This document shows positions 12,739-25,510 of a stretch of 64,000 nt of DNA, in pieces (position 1 is the first letter of the stretch; every line of letters begins with the position of its first letter). This DNA comes from Tubulanus polymorphus (taxonomy: Eukaryota; Animalia; Nemertea): the NCBI RefSeq assembly GCF_964204645.1, contig NC_134034.1, forward strand, positions 12,288,962 through 12,352,961, given 5' to 3'. The notes beneath the pieces are model-generated. The model did not search any database. It had not been told where the DNA came from and saw only the letters and a program-made list of their open reading frames with translations. Both the position numbers and the translations under genes were made by a program.

Positions 12739-15479
12739 AGCGTTGCGCTTGACTCAATCTTGTTTCATACCACAGTAAACAGGAATTGTGCCTGAAATAA
12801 AGAATATTAGATTTCAATGTGGTATCTGTTGATTGTAGACTATTTACAGATATCAGTTACACAATTGAATGAATGAGAGACAAACCTTTTCTAAAAGATG
12901 ATTAATAGATCTCAGCCTAGTTACAGCCAGTGACGGGGGGGGGGGGCAGTTTATATTGTTGTTTTTATCTGATTTTCAAACCGACCGTTGAAGGAAGGAT
13001 TGATGAAATCTGTTGTTTGTATCTGTAACAATAAGAAAAGGAGGTCACTGTAATTATTCCTTGTAATATTCACCACAACATAATCTGTAAACAGTAATAA
13101 CTTATTTAGGTCATTCATCACAACTGGCTGTACTGCTGTTGTTACTGTTTGTGTCGAACATCGATCTTCACACCACAACTAAAGCTTTTTTAGCAGATTG
13201 ATTGCATTTGCCGTTTTCATATTATTTGTTTTGAACAAGCAGGTCACATGTAACTTTCACATTTTCTCCCTCATACGTACGTGTTGTGTAGTAAGCAGAG
13301 AGGCGAGGTGCGGACCACCGAACCGTGACGTACTTCAAAAACGACTTTGAATATAGTTTGGCGCCGGGTCTCAGGTCAGTTTTAGAGTCGGTGTTATGTA
13401 CCTGCATCTCCGGGGTTTATACCGAACTGTTAACTAATACGTAGATATAATTCAAGGATAAAAAAACTGGAAAAATTCCTAGACTTACCAAATTTCAATA
13501 TGGCGGGTCATGACTCCACACCGGAAGTGATGACTCGCGGATTCGCCATGCATTGTGCTGTTACAAGTTAAGATCATTTGCCGAGCTACAGATTTATTTT
13601 CGTATTCATTCTGATTTATATTGTGTAAGAATTACATAATCATGATTAAAACTGACCAGTGTAATCATGCACGTGGCTCGATCAATGCATCATTGCTTGC
13701 CAGGGATGGTTGCCTCTGCTATCGGAGCTTTCCGGCTACCATCAATGGTTTTACTCGCTTCCCTGTATACACTCAGCATCCTCTGCAGGTTGGTTTTATA
13801 CCGGAGCCAACTCACGCTGGCCTAATTGTTAACCGTCAAGTGCTGCCCCTTATAAATCGTAGACGGTAAATGTGTGAACTAACGTTTTACTCATATGCCG
13901 CAGTAGGAATATTGTATCATATTGTAAGTGCGTGTATTCACCGCTAATGATAAACTCAGAGGCAGCACTAGACGGTTCAGATCTGTAAACGTTGGGACCG
14001 AAGATGGTAATTAGGTACCAATAGTTCATCGGTTATTGAGCATTATCAATTAGCTGGGGTCCAGTAGGTAAACTGCATCTCAATCGAGGATAAAATGTCT
14101 ATCAGGTAACGTTTCGACCTCGCGCCTGAGTATATTACAGTCTGTAGACTGAGATGACGGGCCTTGACGCATCCCGAGTCCAACTCGTTTATGTCTCAGA
14201 TGGAGCGCGCGGGGCAGGGCCGTCATTATATTGCTGACTTATCCAAATTACACTTACACAGCGCAACGTTTTTCAGTGTGTAAACTCCGTCGTACTCGGC
14301 ATTATAGGACAGTGAGGAATTGAATTTTAGCCACCTGAGCCCTTGGCTTGATTCGAGCAAAAGACCTTAAATGATTCACAGAATTTGATTATGAGTCAGA
14401 TTTTCAAAATTTTTGAAGAATGCTTTCTTTGGTTTTGAGATCAATTAAAATTCACTCCTGAAAACATTAGTAAACTAGGGGTCCATCTGAATATGTCATT
14501 ATACACTTATTCTGATATTTATGTGTTAAAAATAGAAAAATAATAGAATAATCAAACTTTTTAATGAAAAAATGTTAATAGAATGATAAAATGTTTAAAT
14601 ATAAAAATTGTGAGTAATGTGTGAGTAGAATAATTTTAGGTTTGCACTGAAAACATAGAAAAATAGTGAAAATAGTAAAAAATTTTAATCAAAAGTAAGG
14701 AGTGATTAACGAGTTGTTAAAAATAGATTCTTAATGGAAACATTGAAAATTAATAAAACAGTACAATAATTTAGATCTTCAACATAAAAGTGTAAGTAAA
14801 GTGTGAGTAAAATAATTTAGATTTTAAGTAATAAAAAGTTTAAGTAAATAATTTAGATTTTAGAATATAAGTAATCTAGAAAATTCAATTTAATAAAATT
14901 TTGCTATATAAATGAAAGAAGAAACCGAATTCAAAATTGAAATAAAAGAAACTAATAACTTCTTTTCACTATTTAACGTTAAAAATCACTAAAGAATTTA
15001 GTGTATGCAAGATCATAAATTGATAAAATTGATAATATCACAATAAGCCTTTTTACAGTTTCAATACTATTTAATGAAACATATTCAATTATTGAACTTA
15101 TAGATACTTCAGATAATGGCGTAAAAATCCTAGAATATTTAGTACAGTTTAAAAGAATTAGTTGATTTCAACATCAGCTGAAAACAGCTATAGTTGATTT
15201 CAACATCTACTGAAAAAAACTATAGTTGATTTCAACATCTACTGAAAAAACAATCAGTTGATTTCAACATCAGCTGAAAACAACTTCCATCTAAAAAAAT
15301 TGTTCCGCGTAAAATATTCAAAAGTAAAGTCCCCGATGACGCAATCCCATTATCTCCGGAATGAGTGAATTAAAGCCACAAATATTATATAAATTGGGCC
15401 AAAAGTTTCTTCATGACGAAAAGGTTGATTTCAGCGGTGTGCATAAAAAACACAAATCTTTTTACTAACATTTAAACAC

Positions 15480-16300
15480 GAATCTGTTGAGAATCACAAT
15501 ATCCGTGATGAGGCAATGATTAAAATCCCACAAATAAATGAATAAATCTAAAAAGTTTATTTAAAAGTTCGAAATATTTCGGGTGGTTGCTACCACCCTT
15601 ATTCAGTCTAAAATGACTTGCCAAATAAATACACAGTATATGTATGAATATAAGTATATATGTACACGTGGAATAAGACACTAACCACTGCACATTAAGT
15701 TATGGGGAATTAAGTGCTGACATATTCGGAAAGTAGATTATTATGGGGGCTGAAACCTTTGCTAAGGTTGACGGAGCGTTCGGAATGAGTGATAATCAAA
15801 GCAGATTCAACTATGTGTCTTTTAGTGAGATAACTGTTAGGAAAAATAATATTGGCTCCGGGGAAATTAAAATTATGTCCGGTTTTCAAAGAATGAAGGA
15901 CACTACCCCGCTTTCTATACATCCCGTTTTTGTTCCTTAAATACGATCCTTGAGATTCCTTCCCGTTTCCCCGATACAGAAAAGGTCACAATCAGAACAA
16001 TTAATTCTCTAAACTCCACAATGTACATTAGGGTTCAGATTGTTATTGGAGCAATAATTGGAAATTCTATTTTTTTTACTTGAAAATTAAATCGGTATTT
16101 TATTGGCGAAGAGCAGGTTTGAATCTACCAAGACAGAGAACAAAAGGAACTGTAATTTTGTTACGAGGCTTAGATGAGTCAGTAGGATTACGTGGTTGTG
16201 AAGGAGAGAAAAATACGTTTTTGGCTTTGTGAAGAGCTTTCTCTAAAACATTATCCGAGTTTTCTATAAATGGTTTGAATATGTAAAATCTCATGGTCTA
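15480..16300 (-). mobile_element. Decayed Penelope-like retroelement: GIY-YIG endonuclease remnant plus pLTR with mutated hammerhead
   Basis: Minus-strand translation CGV*RINCSDCDLFCIGETGRNLKDRI* ... HSLKTGHNFNF ... KRHIVESALI matches the PLE GIY-YIG pattern, with stops and frameshifts. It is followed by CUGAAUA-A-GGGUGG..CCACCC-GAAAUAUU at 15569-15610. Confidence 0.85.
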
Positions 16301-16849
16301 AAAAAAAAAATCTATTTGAGATTTTGTGTCCCGAATCATCCACCATACATACGTAACGGATAAAGAAACAAAGGATTGTCTCCGTGATAAAACTGAATGT
16401 TGGTTTTACATTCTTAAAATTATCCAGGTTAGAAAATTATTTTTCAACCCGTTTCAACCTCAAAAAGCAACTTAAATTCTGGTGACGGATATATGGGATG
16501 TATTCACAGTGTAGATGGTCTTTAAATTCTGAAAGTACTGGATCCAGTGAGGGCTATGATTTTCTCATAAACAGTTGTATAAAATCATCGTATATAGGAT
16601 ATAGTTGGACTGCGAACTTTCGTACAAATTGTATATGATACTGCTCGGTAATTAGTCGGAAGATCGATGCAGTAGATACTGGATTTCAGAAATGCTGCCG
16701 CAGGGCAGAGAGAAAACATCAGAGTATCAATGACCGTTTTTCATGATTATTGGATTGAAGGAAGTCATTAGTTCGAGTCACGCCGATGAAACATTCCTCG
16801 GGTTTCACGAGTGAAATACGTTTTGTCAATAGAATTGACGTTGTTCGGT

Positions 16850-19800
16850 ATGGAGCAGCGACTGAGAGCGCTGTTTATAGCGTCACTGATCGTCTGTGGA
16901 GTTCGCATCGCGCGCTCTGATCGCGCTGACTCCACCGACGAATCATCTACTGTAACGATCAGTTCGTCTTGCAACAACACTTTGCACCCCGTCGATTCTA
17001 CGTCCGGTTATATCGTTTCACCGAACTACCCTTCGTTATCGCGCGGCATTGAATGTCGTTGGTTCGTCAACAGCTCTTTGTCGGGAACTTTCAACGTTCG
17101 GATATTTTACGATATCGAGTCGTCGATATTCTGCAGCGATAACTACTTCAGCGTTCGCGAATCGGGTGACAGATTCTGCGGTGACGGGCAACGCGAAATC
17201 CGTCGTAATGATTCGATATCGTTTATATATACGAGTTCTGTCGATAGCACGCGAGGTAGTCGGGTTTATATTGTGTATCGTTTCGAAAAAAGTCGATTGA
17301 AAATAAGTCACAACTGTGGAAGGTCCAAACTAAGAATAGAGCCGTTAGAAACAACTTCCGGGTACAAATTCGCGATTACTCGTTTCATGAAATGTCAGTT
17401 GTTTTTGGAATTCGCCGAAGTTACGCCGGGATTCGCTATGAACTTGACTTTCGTCGACTTGAAATTTGAAATGATACCCGGTTCTGAACGGGCCGTATTC
17501 GTGGAAATCCACGATGGATGGAACCAAACCGGTAATAAAAAACCTATAGGTATTTTAAAAGAACAAAAAGGACATCCTCCATTATCATTTTATACAAGAT
17601 CAAACCGGGCCGTTATAGCCGTGCGACACAGACAAGTGAAGTTTGAATCGTCGCTGTTGTTAGTCCAGTTGTACAAAATATCCGATTGGAACATCTTAAA
17701 TCCACTGATTCAAAACTATCACAACGGGTCGGGTGTTCTGATTCCCGATGACAACAGTTTACACGTTATAACCGAATCAAGACACCTGCACTGCTGGTCT
17801 ATCACAGTGCAGGTGTTACAGTACGTCGTCTTCAACTGGACACGTGATCTCGTCACATACGGTGACGTCATCGGTGTGTATAAACTGGAAGGGCTACGCG
17901 TTGTAGGAACTGATATTTTACTCGGTAACAACTACCTGGAATCACTGAGTGTCAAATCTGACGGATTTCTCGTCATATTGTGCATTTTAATAAAGACAAG
18001 CCATGTAAATTCTGATATTGCAATTCATTTTAGAAGAAAGTTTTATTCGATACAAGACTTGCATTTGAAAAGAATTTATAAGGTAGGTCGCACGAGCAGC
18101 CGTGTGCTACTATCACGTGACCGACGCCATATTGACAATCACAATTTTTTCTTACAGTTTCCAAGGTTTAACTGAACATTTTCGTTTTACTGATGATGAA
18201 GTTTTGTCAAAATTTCGAAATTTTCAAACTAAATTGTTTGAATAATCAACAACTGTGGGTTTAGTTCATTAGCTTCGAAATACTGATACTATTGCCAGTC
18301 TACCATTATAATGAAACATCTTTCATAGTTGCCATGCATGTCAATTTCCAGTACATCTGGGCAAACTACTCGGATGTGTTTCTGTACACGACTGTAGGAC
18401 AAATCGCCATCGATTCTACCCAAATACAAGTTAGAGTTTATTCATTGCAAGAAAATAAAAATAAAATCATTTTATACAGGGCCCAGTTCCATAGTTCTGA
18501 GTAAGGTTTGACTAAAGAGTCTAAGTAAGTCAATTCCGATGTTTTTGATGTTAATCTCGGTCAGAATTGTGGAACTGGATCAAGACATCCAATTCCAAAC
18601 ATTTTCAGACTATATTTGAACAGAGTTTGATGTTTAGATAGACGTATGGCATGATGAATGGGATATGAGTAAATAGACCCACCATTGCCCCACACCACAT
18701 TGGAGTTAATGTCTCCCAATAGGAGCTTATCACGCTTAAGTCAAACCAATCTGAATTAAAATGTGTAACTTTTTGTTGTTATAGATGCAGCGGATGAAAT
18801 CGATTTCAGTCAACTCGTTGTTTCCAACAAAAAAGAACACATTAACCTATCGCATGAATGTATTACAATTTAGATGGAAAGTCGATATCTATGAAAACAA
18901 TTTGAAATTAACGGTGATGTCAGAGAACTGCGAGCGGGCTGGATTTTATATATTTGATGGTGGTAATTTCACGGCTAGGCGCTACGGTCCGTATTGTCCG
19001 AACTGGAGAAACAGCCGTAACGTCGTCAGTCTGATTACATCAGGAGGACCGGTCATTGTAGTGGGATACGCTTATGAATGGAAAGGTTCAATTATCGATA
19101 AGACTAATATTCCGAGTTTGGTATTCCGTCCGACAGACTGCGACGGATATGTGTTAAAGGAGGGAGAAAGACACATCAATGTGTCGTCAAATTGTCTCGT
19201 GATTACACCCGAAAACCGACGTCTTCCCTTGTCAAACATCGTCGTGTTATCAGAACACGAATATCAAATTGACCGGTGTTTCGAGGACAGTTTGTCGACA
19301 CCGTGCACGTTCTACGTGAACCTGAGCGTCAGCCGTTTACCCGATATTGGTCGCGTGATGAACACTGTGAAAATACGTCGTGATTACTTCTTTTGGCAGA
19401 TTCCGCTTAAAGTCAAAATACGACGTATTTGTTACGCAGTCAAGCGGGCAGATGTCAACGATAATACCATGTTGTTACCGCACAGAGATAGCTGTGGAAT
19501 TCTACAGTCGCCGAACTATCCAGGATCGGGAGGAACATTTCCTGTACATGCATACAGATTTTCTCTGCTTTCGAACTCGAACCGAATTCAATATTACAGA
19601 ATTGTCATAAAAGACATCGAAATGCGGTCTCCGTGTAAAAGGACGAAATCTGACGATCGAGATCCAATTATCTTCAAACAAATCATAACCTATAAGACTG
19701 CTCGAAATGGAAATGTTCTCGTAAGGAAAGAAGCCCGACACGAATACGTAATTTGTGAAAATAGGGCGCAACCTGCGACTGTATTTCACAGTCTAATGGT

Positions 19801-22800
19801 CGGCGCACCTTGGTTTGAAGCCGAGAGCCAAATACCTAAGTTTCAGATTCAGTACACTCTGGAAGAAGAGTTGCTTCCAGTGAATGATAGTAATGAAGTC
19901 TGTAAATCGGGGTTTCTCGATGCGGGAACTTCGTGTATAAGATACATCAGAGGTGAACGTCTGAACTGGGTGAATGCGGATGAATACTGCAGACACAATT
20001 ATCGAGGGTATCTACTGAGCATTAACTCAGAACGGGAAATGATTTCTATTAAAAACGAATTCGCAAAATCGACTACCCACCTGAAGGCATATTCGCAAAA
20101 AGCAACCGTGGTGATGATTGGATTGAAATTGCAGGTAAGATAAACCAAACAAGGATTTATAGTATAGATGCGAAGGTGTCCTGTAGAATCATGTGCGTCC
20201 GACACACCCAATTCTAACCACAGCCCGCAAACGGATTCAGCTCGCCCAAGACTGCTATCGGTCGTAGACATAATGGTAGAGTGATCGACTCGTAATTTTA
20301 TAGGTCGATCACAAATTTTTGTCCGGCTAGAGGAGGATTTAATGTAAGAGAGAAATTCATTCCATATTTCAAGATCTAATTGCATTGCCTGCATACAATA
20401 GGACACATCTGGATAACCTGGGATGACCTGGTGCTACATTCAATTACACTACTATGGATAATTGATCCAGTGCAATGGGGTTCATGAAATTAATTCCTTA
20501 AGCTATTTTGACGCTAATGTTGTCAATTCTAAATTAATATTTTGAAATTTAGGATATTAGTTTAATCCAATTTTTCTATGTAAGCGCTGAAAGCTTATAA
20601 CAAAACACCTCAAAATCCTGTTTTTCTCTTTATTACGTAATATCGTTTTGAATGTTCTAGCTTAACACTGGGTATTACACTTGGACTGATGGAAAACCAT
20701 TGAGCTACACAGAATGGTTTACACCAACAGCGCAAAATGAAACTATTCCAGACGTCATTCAAGGATTGATATCTTCACAAAGGAAACAACCGATAAACGA
20801 CGTCAATATGCTGTGTACGGCGATGATACTGAATAATCCACGAGGATCGGCGAACTGGGTTCGATTCCCGTGTCTCATCGAGGAAATTCACACGACATTC
20901 GTATGTGAAACGGATAGACTCGACAATAGAACGCGCAGAGACAATTCAACTAATAATCCATCATATGAAAATAATAATTCAACAAATGGTGAAACAGTCT
21001 TCGAACAAAGTATTCTGAATTTCCATGTTATGACTAATGTGACGTGTACAGACGGCTGGTTAAGCGTCACTGGACAATGTTTTCAAATATTAACAGACTG
21101 GTCCAATGACAGGAATATCACTAATCATACTGCCTGGGAAATGTGTCGCAATATCGGCGGTGTATTGGGAAGGCTGTCAAGAGGAGTTGATAGTATAAAA
21201 AACATCGTTCAAACATTTCATTATGAACATCAGTATGGTGCTATATTAACTAGTGATGAAAACTATGGTTTACAGATTGTAAGACCTCGGGTCACCAGAA
21301 ATGAAATAACTTATGTTCAAACGGTTGAATGGATGATAACAAGGTTTGACGAAGTTGAATATACGCCTCATTCTGTGCTGTGTTCCTACGACGCAACTGG
21401 CGAAGAGTTAGCTTCTGTAAGCGGTTGTAAATCGTGGCAATTCGAATGCAACGATCAAAGATGTATCAGCGAGCATCGCGTATGTGATACTAGAAACGAC
21501 TGTCAACACGGTGAAGATGAATTCAGTTGTACGGATATAAATTCACACAGTCAGTTCCGATGCAACGATGGTCAGGTGATATCAGTTAGTGGTTTCTGCG
21601 ACTTCGTACAGGATTGTGTTGATGGTTCTGATGAAAATTCCTGCATTCACCCTCTTTGTTTCGCAAGTCAATTTCGTTGTAAAAGTGGCCAATGCGTCGC
21701 TAGCTCTAACCGATGTGATGGGGTCGCAGATTGTGGCGATGGATCCGATGAAATCGGATGCACCGCTCAACTGTGCCAGGGGTTCATGTGTATTAGTGGA
21801 GACTGCATCAGTTCTCAGTTGTATCATGATGGTGTCGTGGATTGTAGCGGAAGCCTTGAAGAAGACGAATTAGTAACAGATATTGTCAGTATAGTGAATC
21901 CACCGATCCAGTGCAATAACGAGAATCACTGTACGACTAATTTCACGAATCTCTGTACGGAACTTGATGAACAAAGATGTTCTTTTGATTCTCCGCATTG
22001 TTTTCCAAGACGCCAGCGATGTATTCTAGAAAGGATGACGCTCGGTTATCCGGTATGTAGAAACCTGGAACATCTATTAGACTGTAATGACTTCGAATGT
22101 CCGGCTGGTACAGTTAAATGTCCAGCATCTTACTGTTTACCGATCAGACAGGTGTGCGATGGTCGATCGGATTGTCCTAATTCGGAAGATGAAAGAAACT
22201 GCAAAAACAAATCGTGTCCTGGAATGTTAAAATGTGGCCATGAAAATAGCTGTATTCCACAATCGGACGTGTGTGATGGTGTTGTTAATTGTAAACATAC
22301 AACTGATGACGAGTCCTTCTGCAACATCACTTGCCCTAGCCGCTGTAAATGTCAAGGCCATTACATCGATTGCGATGACGGTAATTTTACAGATATCAAC
22401 CACCTGTTCTCGGCATCGATGCGAGTTTTGATTTTGTCACGTAACCAAATTCTTGTGAACGCGTTGACATTTTTTTCCTTCTTTTACCTTCGCGTTCTCG
22501 ATATCTCGCGCAATAAATTGTCGTATATCTTACCGAAATCGTTTTCGAACCTGCATAATCTACGCACATTAGATCTAACTTATAACCGCATAACATCGTT
22601 ATCTGCGAATGCGTTCGTCGGGTTATACAGTCTAATAGAATTATTCATAACCGATAATCCGTTAAGTGATGTTGAGGAGGGTACCTTCAATGATTTGAGA
22701 TCGCTTAAATCTCTCGACCTGCATGACCTCTTTTTACTGGTACTGGGTAAAAATGTGTTTAGAGGTCTATCTGCATTGCATTCGTTGAATATCAGCAGTA

Positions 22801-23936
22801 ACAGAATCAATCATATCGATCGATATGCTTTTTCCGGATTGAACAAACTTGGAACGTTAGATCTTCGCAAAAATGCGCATTTCATTTTTGTAGAAATAAC
22901 TATTTTTGAAAACCTAACATTATTAAATTCCATAGCTTCTGATGCGTATAAATTTTGTTGCATGGCCCCGACAATTGACCACTGCATTCCCGAAGCTGAT
23001 CAATTTTCCTCCTGTTCTGATCTGATGGGTAACACAGTTCTAAGAGCAATCATCTGGGTTATTGGCGCATTCAGTTTTCTTGCGAACACTATTGTCATTT
23101 TATTTCGACTTCGATCAATTCGATTTTCATCTTCAAAAATGCATAACCAATCATCCGACATTCTTATCATTAATATTGCCACCTGTGATTTCCTGATGTC
23201 TGTTTATCTGTTTTTGATAGCAGGAGTGGACTATCATTTCAAAGGTACATATTTTCTGAATTCTGAAACTTGGACAAACAGTTCATTGTGTAGTTTAGCG
23301 GGAGTTTTGGTCACTACGTCTTGTGAAGGGTCGTTGATATTCTTATCCATTCTAACGCGTTACAGATACTCAAATATTGTCGATCCATTTTCTGGAAACC
23401 CGATTCTATCGCCGAGATATGTGATCATTGTTTGTTCGGTATGTTGGCTTATCATGGGAATCATTTCCATAATGCCGCTGTCCCAACTATCCTATTTCGG
23501 AGACAAATTCTACGGTACTACTGGAGTTTGTTTACCTATGAATTTGATTTCCATTGATGTCAATGCGTGGCAATATTCATTCGCTATATTTACGGTTTGC
23601 AACTCGGCCATACTTGCTACGATAATGGCGACTTATGCGCAAATGTACAGACTCGTATCTGGAAGCAGGTCCGGTACGGGCAGAGTTGATCCGACAGAAC
23701 TGATTTTGGCGCGTAGGAGTTTGGTAATAGTTCTTTGTAATTTATTGTGTTGGTTGCCGTTAATAATCGTTCAAGTTTGCGTTGTATTTCGGGTAGAAAT
23801 ACCGAATCAGGTGGCGGCTTGGCTGACGGTTCTTTTTTTACCGATCAACTCGTCCCTCAATCCCCTTCTTTACACGATACTCAATATTGATATGAAATCC
23901 ATACGTGAACGACATAAACGTGGAAGACGTCATTAG
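16850..23936 (+). CDS. GRL101-like LDLa/LRR-containing GPCR with N-terminal CUB and C-type lectin domains, 3 exons, ~1950 aa
   Basis: Exons 16850-18082, 18785-20134 and 20661-23936, all phase 0. Signal peptide MEQRLRALFIASLIVCG; CUB motifs (SGYIVSPNYP..CRW, GILQSPNYP); a CTLD split by intron 2 (WVNADEYC..GYLLSINSERE..IGLKLQ|LNTGYYTWTDG); about 9-10 LDLa repeats (CDG..DC.DGSDE); LRRNT plus LRRs; hinge FCC..C.P..DQFSSCSDLM; 7TM ending PINSSLNPLLY. Confidence 0.88.
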
Positions 23937-24176
23937 ATTCCCGGATAGAATATCCCATCAGAAATCCATCTTTAAAATATCAACGTCATGTTATTTTAAC
24001 GTATCGATGTTCACAAGTCCCATATAATACTACATACATTTTTATGTACCATAATATTCGTTCTAAATCTATCACAGCACAATCAAACTGATGAAACAGA
24101 TCGACATCCGTGGTGTTACGATAATAGAATCCCAGAATGCGAAAGAAATAGTATTTTGAAATGCTTGAAATGTTCA

Positions 24177-24260
24177 GGTGGTGGTGGTGGTAGTGGTAGT
24201 GGTAGTGGTAGTGGTAGTGGTAGTGGTAGTGGTAGTGGTAGTGGTAGTGGTAGTGGTAGT
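24177..24260. repeat. (GGT)n/(GGTAGT)n microsatellite downstream of the GPCR
   Basis: Direct inspection. Confidence 0.95.
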
Positions 24261-24469
24261 TTTGGTACTCTGGTTTACGTAAACCTTGACCTCTTCTACA
24301 CTATTAATACTGCAGCCGTAGGTTGGTGCGCAGTTTATATATTCGTAATTCGATGCTCTGTCCGCTTGCTATTTCGTTTCCACTAATGTTTCTTACAACA
24401 AGATAATAAAAGTTTCTCATATACACGTAACATATATTCAGAGTTAATCCTTATAGGAATACAGCTTCG

Positions 24470-25000
24470 TATTGCGGACTCCAATGTCTGTCAAGCCTGA
24501 CCTTAAAGCAATCCACCAACGGTGCACTGACGACATCTAATGGTAGCGAATTCCAGATCTGGACCGTTCGGATGCTGAAAAAATATTTATCTACAGTTCA
24601 ATTTTGCTCTTGACAGAAACAAATCAAACGAGTGACCGCGAATTCTAGTGGACAGTACCCTGGGTAGGAAATCTGGCGGGTAGTGACATATACCATGAAA
24701 ATAGGTATAAGTATTGATTGCATCACTCGCTCATCCTATAAACAAGCGTTGGGAGTTTCAGTTCAGGCGCTGTTCATAAGATAAATTCTGTAATCGGGGG
24801 ACCATCCTAGTCACTCTCTTTTGTACTGCTTCAATAGCGTAAATATCCTTTTGATATTGTAACGACCATTACATTTGCATACTCTAATATCGGACGAATT
24901 AGGGCCTTATACAGAGGTATCAGTGTATCCCAGTCTAGTTGGACGTATGTGGTTTTGATAGCTGATAGTGTTCTATAATATGTTCACTACATTTCGAACT
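24470..25000 (-). mobile_element. CR1/L2-type LINE 3' ORF2 remnant
   Basis: Minus-strand fragments LYKALIRPILEY, IEAVQKRVTRMVP.L..LSYEQRL, RGHSFDL, FFSIRTVQIWNSLP.DVV, with stops and frameshifts. Confidence 0.85.
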
Positions 25001-25510
25001 TGTGATTCACATATCAATTTATTGTCGACGTCTGCTCGTCTCTCTCACGATTCGATTTCTTACAAGTAATAGCCGAGGAATATAGAATCTTATCTGACTA
25101 TTGACATATACACATGTACTATTATCGTATTGAATACTATGAATATATGTGCGCAAAATGTGATCGAGAGCCAATATTTTGGCTAAGATGAATATGAATT
25201 CTGGTGGTCTGTCCCAAACGAGTACATGTTCAATAAAATCTAGATTTACATGAATTGAAACCGCGAATCAAGCCCTGGCAAGCCTCAAAAGTCCTGAAGC
25301 CGTGTTTTACAAAATCAAACCATGGCAAGCGAATGAAGTCCCAAACCAGCGTTTAGTGTCACATTGAATTGAATTGAATTGCCCGTATGCAACATTCACC
25401 AAAATAAAGATCGAGAAAAATATCTATTTCGATTGAAAACAATTAGCAAAATCTGAACCAATTAACCGATCAAGACCCCGTGTGATCAGTGACAACCAGC
25501 GAGCTTCAAG

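Noticed and set aside
10809-12795. Repetitive ORFs at 10809-11170 and 12376-12795 (similar cases at 37927-38277, 58852-59235, 24156-24386)
   Set aside because: Stop-free translations of minisatellites or microsatellites, with no coding or splice support.
14520-15300. Extremely AT-rich tract resembling an organellar insertion
   Set aside because: No recognisable mitochondrial gene, tRNA or rRNA motif; only short GTTGATTTCAACATC repeats.
16811-16849. GTG start given by the ORF track for the GPCR
   Set aside because: This is a eukaryotic gene; the ATG at 16850 directly precedes the signal peptide.
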